A stretch of 64,000 nt of DNA from assembly GCA_045563055.1 (NCBI GenBank), contig JBJKUR010000009.1, positions 19,454 through 83,453 on the forward strand. Direction: 5' to 3'. Below the pieces are notes generated by a model, which was given only the letters and a program-made list of their open reading frames with translations, searched no databases and had not been told where the DNA came from. A program made the translations under genes and the position numbers. Positions 57,535 to 64,000 of the stretch are shown one piece after another. Origin of the DNA: Alphaproteobacteria bacterium. GTDB taxonomy: Bacteria > Pseudomonadota > Alphaproteobacteria > Methylaequorales > Methylaequoraceae. Every line of letters starts with the position of its first letter. Within the stretch, counting starts at the first letter, position 1.

Positions 57535-58704
57535 TCATTCATTCATAAATATATTCAAATGATATACAAATTTTTTTAAATTATCAATTGTATTAGCATA
57601 AGATATTCTTAAAAATCCTTCACCTTTGTCTCCAAAAGATGAGCCTGGAACAGTCGCGATAAATTTATTTTCCAGTAAATATCTAGATATTTCAATCGAT
57701 GAAAGATTTTCTTTAATAACCTTTGGAAAAACATAGAAAGCTCCACCTGGTTTTTTACATTCAACATTTTTAATATTATTTAACTCTTTAACCAAGAAAT
57801 CTCGTCTAACTTTAAATTCCTCAATCATCTTATTTACAGAATCCTGTGAACCTGTTAGTGCCTCTATTCCAGCAAATTGAGCCGCAGAATTTACGCATGA
57901 ATGACAATTAATTGCTAATTTTTCCGCAAAACTAAAAATTTTCTTTGGAAAGATACCATAACCTAAGCGCCAACCTGTCATGGAATAGGTTTTCGACCAA
58001 CCATCAAGAACAATAACTCTATCCTTAATATTATTGTAACTCAAAAGCGAATGGTGTGAATGATTATCAAATAAAATTCTACTGTAGATCTCGTCGGAAA
58101 GGACATATACATTTGGAAATTTTTCAAGACCCACCGCTAGTTTTGTTAATTCCTCTTGTGGAACTACCCCACCAGTCGGGTTTGCGGGTGAGTTTAAAAT
58201 TATGAGTTTAGTTTTGTCATTAATTAGCGATAAGAGTTCCTCTGCTTGAAATGAAAAGTTATTTTCCATCCTATGCGGCAAACAAACTGCTTTTGCTCCG
58301 GTGTAATCAATCATTGATTTATAGGCTATAAAACCGGGGTCCGGTGTAATGATTTCCGAGCCAACTTCTCCAAACATTAACATGGTGTAGAAAATAATTG
58401 ATTTTCCACCGGGTGTTATTAAAATTTGATTAGGATCAACACTAATCTTATTTCTATTCAAAAAATCATCTGCTACAGCTTTTCTCAATTCATATATACC
58501 ATTTGATGATGTGTACCCATGGTGTCCATCTTTAAGAGCTTTAATTGCTGCATTTACAACATTCGTTGGAGTTGGAAAGTCTGGCTGTCCAATACCTAGA
58601 TTGATAACCTCTTTCCCCTGTCGAGCAAGCTCTTGACTTCTAGCTAGTATTGAAAATGCACTATCACTTCCAATGTCGTACATTGATTTATTTAGACCAT
58701 CCAT
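57535..58704 (-). CDS. Pyridoxal-phosphate-dependent aminotransferase, class I/II (aspartate-aminotransferase-like)
   Basis: 389 aa. PLP-lysine context SKTYSMTGWRLGY. GQPDFPTP N-terminal motif. Confidence 0.75.
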   Translation of the reverse strand: MDGLNKSMYDIGSDSAFSILARSQELARQGKEVINLGIGQPDFPTPTNVVNAAIKALKDGHHGYTSSNGIYELRKAVADDFLNRNKISVDPNQILITPGGKSIIFYTMLMFGEVGSEIITPDPGFIAYKSMIDYTGAKAVCLPHRMENNFSFQAEELLSLINDKTKLIILNSPANPTGGVVPQEELTKLAVGLEKFPNVYVLSDEIYSRILFDNHSHHSLLSYNNIKDRVIVLDGWSKTYSMTGWRLGYGIFPKKIFSFAEKLAINCHSCVNSAAQFAGIEALTGSQDSVNKMIEEFKVRRDFLVKELNNIKNVECKKPGGAFYVFPKVIKENLSSIEISRYLLENKFIATVPGSSFGDKGEGFLRISYANTIDNLKKFVYHLNIFMNE

Positions 58705-58848
58705 AAGCGAAATATATAGATGTTGTCTTTAGAATGCAAATTTCAATAATGAAATATTTGTGGGTTTTCTTATTTAATTAATTATTTGAATTACTTCGAT
58801 AAATCTTTAATAATAACTATCAGAAGTATTTAATTAAAGAGGATATTT

Positions 58849-59187
58849 ATGTCCAGTAGTACAATCCCTATTGGTGAGGATTCAACCATATCAATTGAAG
58901 ATTTAGCAGACCTTGCTGGAGATGTTGCTATGGAAATATATAAGACTGAACTTAAAAAAGGATCCTCTCCAGTAAATTCCGTGAAACTTGCAATTGAAGG
59001 TGCAACCAATGTAATGTTGGATTATGGCTGTCCAACTGAAGTTTGTGACAGCTTGTCTAATGCAGCTATTAATGGCTTTAAAAATTATATGGCCAAAAAT
59101 CGAAATTGCGACCCAATGGAAGCATTTGATGCTGCTGGTGACTGTGTTAATGAGGCCTTAGATGCAGTCTACGTTACTAAAAATTAA
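58849..59187 (+). CDS. Hypothetical small acidic Cys-containing protein
   Basis: 112 aa, 4 Cys (CPTEVC … CDP … GDC). No family recognised. Confidence 0.3.
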   Translation: MSSSTIPIGEDSTISIEDLADLAGDVAMEIYKTELKKGSSPVNSVKLAIEGATNVMLDYGCPTEVCDSLSNAAINGFKNYMAKNRNCDPMEAFDAAGDCVNEALDAVYVTKN

Positions 59188-59351
59188 TAAAGTAAGACAA
59201 TAAATAATTTTATAAACTGAGGTAACACTACTAATTTTTAAATTTAAAATATTAATAAAAACTAGATTTAACTAAACTATAATTTAAAATTTTTAAAATA
59301 TAAAAAGTTGTAAATAATTTTAATTATTATTAACTTATATTTCTTTAATAT

Positions 59352-59429
59352 GGTGGTTGTAGCTCAGTTGGTTAGAGCGCTGGTTTGTGGTACCGGAGGC
59401 CGGGGGTTCAAATCCCCTCAGCCACCCCA
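59352..59429 (+). tRNA. tRNA-His (anticodon GTG), with encoded G-1 and CCA
   Basis: Acceptor GTGGTTG/CAGCCAC, extra 5' G pairing with discriminator C73 (a His-tRNA hallmark), anticodon loop TTGTGGT. Confidence 0.85.
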
Positions 59430-59473
59430 TTTAATTTCCTTTTATTTATAATTTTAAGCATTAAATATTAGAA

Positions 59474-60490
59474 ATGCTAAGTATAAATGGTCTAAGTTCA
59501 GCGTTTCCTAAAAATAGAGTCTATCAAGAAGACATTAAAGATATAGGCAGAAAGTTATTTTCATCAAAAATAAATTTTAAAAAAATGGAAAAAGTTTATG
59601 ATAACTCTGGAGTAAAAACAAGATATCTTACCGAACAACTTAATTGGTACCTAAATGAACATAATTGGTCTGAAAGAAACTATTTATTTAAAAAAAATGC
59701 CGTTTCTCTATTAAAAAAATCAATAGAAGAAACAATTCTAAAGACAAATACAACTCCAGAAAAAATAGGTGGTATAATTCTTGTTAATAGTACTGGTATT
59801 TCTACACCAAGTATTGATGCTGAAATTTTTAATTTGTTTAACTTTAATAATGAAATTGTTCGCCTACCAATCTTTGGATACGGATGTGCTGGTGGTGTTT
59901 TGGGATTAAACAGAGCTGTAGAGATTTTTAAAAGTGTAAGAAAATCTATTCTTGTTTGTAATGTTGAGCTGTGTAGCCTTACATTTAGACCTCAAATCTT
60001 TAGTAAAGAAAATATAGTTAGTACAGCTCTATTTGGTGATGGATGTGTATCTTATTTGGTAGAGGAGGGCGGAGATTGCAACTTATTAGAATCAAAAGAG
60101 TATACTTGGAAAAATTCTTTGTCTTTAATGGGGTGGGGTGTAGAAGACGATGGATTATCAGTAATTTTTGACAAAATCATTCCAGAATTTATAACAAAAA
60201 GATTACCATACGTTTTAAGTAATTTTCCGTTAAAAAATTTAAATGGTTACGTTCTTCATTCTGGAGGAATGAGAATTATTGAAGCTTATAAAAAAATTTT
60301 GAATAATAATAAGACTATTCAAGAGTCCGAGGAAATTCTTTCTAATTTTGGAAATGTTTCATCTGTTTCAGTTTTACTAGTATTAATGCAAATGATAAAA
60401 AAAAAATATAGTGGTACATTCTTAATGAGTGCACTTGGACCTGGTTTTACCGCAGGTTTATCAGGGGTTAAAATAGGTTCTAATGGTTGA
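59474..60490 (+). CDS. Type III polyketide synthase, BpsA/SrsA-like alkylpyrone/alkylresorcinol synthase
   Basis: 338 aa. Cys-His-Asn triad in context (IFGYGCAGGVLGL; LHSGGMRII; NFGNVSSVSVLLVL). Strong block similarity to Bacillus BpsA (STGISTPSIDAE, VELCSLTFRPQ, ALFGDGCVSYL, LMGWGVEDDGLSVIF, ALGPGFTAG). Confidence 0.8.
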   Translation: MLSINGLSSAFPKNRVYQEDIKDIGRKLFSSKINFKKMEKVYDNSGVKTRYLTEQLNWYLNEHNWSERNYLFKKNAVSLLKKSIEETILKTNTTPEKIGGIILVNSTGISTPSIDAEIFNLFNFNNEIVRLPIFGYGCAGGVLGLNRAVEIFKSVRKSILVCNVELCSLTFRPQIFSKENIVSTALFGDGCVSYLVEEGGDCNLLESKEYTWKNSLSLMGWGVEDDGLSVIFDKIIPEFITKRLPYVLSNFPLKNLNGYVLHSGGMRIIEAYKKILNNNKTIQESEEILSNFGNVSSVSVLLVLMQMIKKKYSGTFLMSALGPGFTAGLSGVKIGSNG

Positions 60491-60977
60491 TACCTATTTA
60501 ATGATTTATGTTGTTTTTAGTAGATTATTTGAACTTGTTTTGAGTAAAAAAAATACAAAAAGATTGCTTGAAGCTGGTGCTGAGGAATATTATCCGTTTC
60601 ATTATAAATTTATTGTTTTGTTTCATGTTATTTTTGTTTCATTTTTTTTAGTCAAATCTTTTTTTAACGCAAATGTTAATATTCAATATCTATATTTTTT
60701 TTTTTTTCTTCAACTTTTTAGATATTTCATTATCTATCAGCTTGGAAAATTCTGGACTACAAGAATATTAGTGATAAATAAACCATTAGTAAAAACATGG
60801 ATATTTAAATATTTGAGGCATCCAAACTATTTAGTTGTGTTTTCAGAAATAATATTAATTTGTTTATTTTTTAACGATTTTTATTCGTTAATTATTTTCT
60901 GTACCATCAATTCTATTTTAATTAGTATCAGAATACATTACGAAGAAAAAGCAAACAAATTTAGACAAGAATTATAA
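60483..60977 (+). CDS. ICMT / phospholipid-methyltransferase-family membrane methyltransferase (BpsB/YpbQ-like), translationally coupled to the PKS
   Basis: 164 aa, about 5 TM. C-terminal family motif YLRHPNYLVVFSEI…IRIHYEEKANKFRQE. Its ATG overlaps the PKS stop by 8 nt. Confidence 0.7.
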   Translation: MVDTYLMIYVVFSRLFELVLSKKNTKRLLEAGAEEYYPFHYKFIVLFHVIFVSFFLVKSFFNANVNIQYLYFFFFLQLFRYFIIYQLGKFWTTRILVINKPLVKTWIFKYLRHPNYLVVFSEIILICLFFNDFYSLIIFCTINSILISIRIHYEEKANKFRQEL

Positions 60978-60983
60978 TGTTAA

Positions 60984-61033
60984 GTTTGTGGTTCCGGATG
61001 TCGGGGGTTCAAATCCCCTCAGCCACCCCATTT
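60984..61033 (+). repeat. 50-nt direct repeat of the 3' half of tRNA-His (att-like site) bounding the PKS-MT insert
   Basis: AGTTTGTGGTTCCGGATGTCGGGGGTTCAAATCCCCTCAGCCACCCCATTT matches tRNA-His 59383-59432 (anticodon loop through CCA+TTT) at 47 of 50 positions. Confidence 0.8.
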
Positions 61034-61048
61034 CTATTATAATTTTTA

Positions 61049-61459
61049 TTATTTTGAAATATTTTTTAAAACTCCAAGGTAACTTTTCACTAACTTTTTC
61101 CCTGTCTGGTTGGACTTTTTCCATATAGGTAATGTTTCTTTAAGTTTATTATAACCATTATTCGTTAATTTAAGAAGGTTTCCGTTGGCACTCCTTTTAA
61201 CAATTCTGATTAATTTATTTTTTATTAAAATAGATGAATTTCTTCTTACAGTAGATTTTTCTAAATTTAATAATTCTGCTATCTTTGACGTTTCAATTTG
61301 ATTGTAAATATTTAATAGTGCTAAAATAGGTATCTGCGTTGAATTCACACCATAAGACTTTAGTGATGTATTGTAACTATTAGTTAGTTCCCTTGCCATT
61401 TTTCTAAGATTAAAACAAGTGCATTGTTCTAGTTCTTTAACTTTAATAAGTTTCTTCAT
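61049..61459 (-). CDS. MarR-family winged-helix transcriptional regulator
   Basis: 136 aa. wHTH region IPILALLNIYNQIETSKIAELLNLEKSTVRRNSSILIKNKLI. Confidence 0.6.
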   Translation of the reverse strand: MKKLIKVKELEQCTCFNLRKMARELTNSYNTSLKSYGVNSTQIPILALLNIYNQIETSKIAELLNLEKSTVRRNSSILIKNKLIRIVKRSANGNLLKLTNNGYNKLKETLPIWKKSNQTGKKLVKSYLGVLKNISK

Positions 61460-61510
61460 GGTATTTAATATATTACTTTACAAATTATTAAAAAAGAATA
61501 ATTATTAAAG

Positions 61511-61532
61511 TGTATATACGCGGGTATATACA
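61511..61532. promoter_or_regulatory. Perfect 9-bp inverted repeat (TGTATATAC-GCGG-GTATATACA), a putative operator in the divergent MarR / hydrolase intergenic region
   Basis: Seen directly in sequence. Lies between divergently transcribed genes, the typical position for a MarR autoregulatory operator. Confidence 0.5.
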
Positions 61533-61571
61533 TTACAAATACTTATATAATTATTTTTTGAAAGTGGTTAA

Positions 61572-62399
61572 ATGAAAATTGAAAAATTTAATTTGGATGA
61601 TGGAACTTATATTAGAATCAAAAAAATTGGAAAAGGAAAACCTATCTTATTACTTCATACATTTAGAAATAGATTAGAATACTCTGATAAGCTTGGTGAA
61701 TTGTTAAAAAATAAATTCACTGTATATTCAATTGATCTTCCAGGGTTTGGCGATTCCCCAATCAATATAAAAACAAACTATAATCTTGATTTTTTTACTA
61801 AATCGATAGTTAGTTTTATACAAAAATCAAAAATTAAAAATTTGACTATAGCTGGAGAATCAATTGGAGCAAATCTAGCAGCAAGTGTATCTGATGCACT
61901 TCCAAGAATTGTCACAAAAATATTCATGTTTAATCCATACGATTATGATTCCTTCTTCGGTGAGGGTATTCAGAGAGGTAATTTTTTTGCAAAATTTATT
62001 TTATTTCATGTAAGTATCCCTTTCATTGGTAATTTATTTGCTAGTTTAGAGAATAAATTTATACTAAAAAATATTATGAATGGTGGGTTTTTCGATAAAA
62101 CCAAACTACCTGATGAATATTTGGATTTATTGTGTTCTTCATTAAATAAAAAAGGATATGTTTATCATTTTAGAAAGGTACTATCACAATTTAATAAAAA
62201 TAATGGAATTAGAGATCTATACAAAAGAGTAACAGTGCCAGTAAAACTTTTTTATGGAAGTTATGATTGGGCCACAGAATCTGATAAATTACAAACACAA
62301 AGTTTGTTAAAGTTAGACAAATTTGAAACGATAGATAAATCAGCCCATTTTTCATTTTTGGAAAACACAAAGGAGGTTGCGGATATTATTAAAACTTAA
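61572..62399 (+). CDS. Alpha/beta-fold hydrolase
   Basis: 275 aa. Nucleophile elbow GESIG and HTFRNRLEYSD oxyanion region. Confidence 0.7.
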   Translation: MKIEKFNLDDGTYIRIKKIGKGKPILLLHTFRNRLEYSDKLGELLKNKFTVYSIDLPGFGDSPINIKTNYNLDFFTKSIVSFIQKSKIKNLTIAGESIGANLAASVSDALPRIVTKIFMFNPYDYDSFFGEGIQRGNFFAKFILFHVSIPFIGNLFASLENKFILKNIMNGGFFDKTKLPDEYLDLLCSSLNKKGYVYHFRKVLSQFNKNNGIRDLYKRVTVPVKLFYGSYDWATESDKLQTQSLLKLDKFETIDKSAHFSFLENTKEVADIIKT

Positions 62400-62467
62400 A
62401 TAATAATTCATGTAAAATATAAAGCTTAATAAACAATAAGATACAATTTTAAAAAGGAGTAATCAGT

Positions 62468-63199
62468 ATGAATAAAGTAGCATTTATTTCAGGAGCTAAT
62501 AGAGGTATAGGGTTTGAAACCGCTAAAAAGTTATCTGAAACAGGAGTCAAAGTAATTTTAGGTTCTAGAGATTTAAATAAAGGTAAAGAAGCATTAAATA
62601 AATTATCTAACCTTGGAATAGAAGCCGATTTAGTCCAATACAACGCATTTGAACAAGATGCACCTGAGAAAGTTTACAATTATATTTCAGATAAATACAA
62701 AAAATTAGATATTCTTATAAATAATGCTGGCGTTCTTTTAACAGGGAATTTATTTGTTACGAATAGTTCCACAGTAAGTGAAAAGGACATTAAAGATACA
62801 TTTCAAACAAATCTTTTTTCAGTTATTTCTCTAACTCAAAAATTACTTCCACTAATTAAAAAGTCAGATGCTGGAAGAATTGTTAATGTTTCCACAATTT
62901 TAAGTTCTTTAACGCTTCATTCAGCTAAAGACTCTCCAATTTCTCCAGCAAAAGAATTTGCATATAATGCATCCAAGACCGCATTAAATGCCTTTACAAT
63001 TCACCTGGCGAATGAATTAAAAGATACAAAAATCAAGGTTAACTCTGGTCATCCAGGCTGGGTAAAAACAGATTTAGGCGGTCCTAATGCACCTATGGAG
63101 GTAAAAGACAGTTTTAAAACATCATTACGTTTAGCTACCTTGGACTCTGACGGGCCCAGTGGAGGACTTTTCCACGAAGACGATGTTATACCATGGTAG
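62468..63199 (+). CDS. Short-chain dehydrogenase/reductase (SDR)
   Basis: 243 aa. Cofactor motif ISGANRGIGFETA, catalytic YNASK, NNAG. Confidence 0.8.
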   Translation: MNKVAFISGANRGIGFETAKKLSETGVKVILGSRDLNKGKEALNKLSNLGIEADLVQYNAFEQDAPEKVYNYISDKYKKLDILINNAGVLLTGNLFVTNSSTVSEKDIKDTFQTNLFSVISLTQKLLPLIKKSDAGRIVNVSTILSSLTLHSAKDSPISPAKEFAYNASKTALNAFTIHLANELKDTKIKVNSGHPGWVKTDLGGPNAPMEVKDSFKTSLRLATLDSDGPSGGLFHEDDVIPW

Positions 63200-63292
63200 A
63201 AAAATATTTTTCTTAATTTATATAATTAGAGATAATTACGGGTGGTACTGAATGAATAAGTAAAAGGGGTTTATCACCCCTTTTAAAATTAT

Positions 63293-63532
63293 TTATTTCT
63301 TTAGAATTGCAAGTGCTCTATCAAATATTTTTTCTGCATTATCAAGCTCACCAATTTGAAGTTTTTTTTCTCCTTTTGATCTCAATTCAGAAACTTTAGC
63401 AAATGTTTGAGTGTTAATACTTTTATTTGAGAAAAGTTTAGTATCAACTTCTGCCATTTTTTGATATGGACAAGCATTTACATCTAAGCTTAAGAACAAT
63501 ATGAAGCTGAATAGAAATGTAATTTTTTTCAT
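63293..63532 (-). CDS. Small secreted hypothetical protein
   Basis: 79 aa. Signal peptide MKKITFLFSFILFLSLDVNA. Confidence 0.35.
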   Translation of the reverse strand: MKKITFLFSFILFLSLDVNACPYQKMAEVDTKLFSNKSINTQTFAKVSELRSKGEKKLQIGELDNAEKIFDRALAILKK

Positions 63533-63751
63533 AATATCTCCTGTAATTGTTTATTAGATAATTACTTTCATTCAAATGTCAATTTTTAGTTAATATTTTT
63601 TTCTATCTAATAATAATTTTAGAATTCTTTTGATATGAATATTTGTTGAAACTATGGATTTATGAAAAGATTTAATTACCCAAATAATCTTAGAAAAAAA
63701 TTATCAAATAAATTTTTGCCATTTTTTTTTCTATCATTTATCATTAAAAAG

Positions 63752-64000
63752 ATGAAATTATTAATTTTTTCAGATATTGATGGGACATTTCTCAATCACT
63801 CAAACTATTCCTATGGTAATCTTAAAAAATATTTGGATAGGATTAAAAATAATTCTTATATAATTTTCAACACCAGCAAAACTTTCAGCGAAGTATTTAA
63901 TTTAAGTAAAAAGCTTGAACTAAAGTTCCCTTTTATTGTTGAAAATGGTGCTTGTATATTTTTTCCTAAAAATTGGTTGAAATTAAAAATACCTTCAGAA
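63752..64000 (+). CDS. HAD-IIB family hydrolase (mannosyl-3-phosphoglycerate-phosphatase-like), N-terminal part; continues beyond the window
   Basis: Motif I FSDIDGTFL, and IFNTSKT. Confidence 0.6.
   Translation, partial: MKLLIFSDIDGTFLNHSNYSYGNLKKYLDRIKNNSYIIFNTSKTFSEVFNLSKKLELKFPFIVENGACIFFPKNWLKLKIPSE

Overview
This window is AT-rich (about 30% GC) alphaproteobacterial chromosome with very tight gene packing. Core content (1-52.5 kb): plsX(partial)-fabH-ihfA-merR, tRNA-Pro, cutA, rplM-rpsI, argC, an OmpA-like lipoprotein, hom, a phosphofructokinase (minus strand), recJ, tRNA-Glu, a cobalamin-riboswitch-controlled TonB-dependent receptor plus TonB (minus strand), msrA, several small housekeeping genes, and tRNA-Tyr/Gly/Trp. 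The complete secE-nusG-rplKAJL-rpoBC-rpsLG-fusA-tuf-S10-spc-alpha ribosomal superoperon occupies about 17.7-47.2 kb, followed by an RluA-family synthase and pccB-pccA. The last ~11.5 kb (from 52.4 kb) looks accessory. tRNA-Leu(GAG) is followed directly by a phage-integrase-like gene, then lipoprotein/gpx/isochorismatase genes and a glnB-glnA plus aminotransferase block on the minus strand. tRNA-His(GTG) is followed by a 1.6-kb insert flanked by a 50-nt direct repeat of the tRNA 3' half. The insert carries a bpsA-like type III polyketide synthase translationally coupled to an ICMT-family membrane methyltransferase. Downstream of the repeat lies a MarR regulator / hydrolase / SDR cassette with a perfect palindromic operator. 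Several essential genes (ihfA, argC twice, rplX, an OmpA-like lipoprotein twice) carry 1-nt insertion-type frameshifts, which points to sequencing or assembly errors. The lineage looks SAR11-like or another streamlined alphaproteobacterium, but a TonB-dependent receptor with a B12 riboswitch is atypical for canonical Pelagibacter. I cannot assign the taxon from sequence alone.
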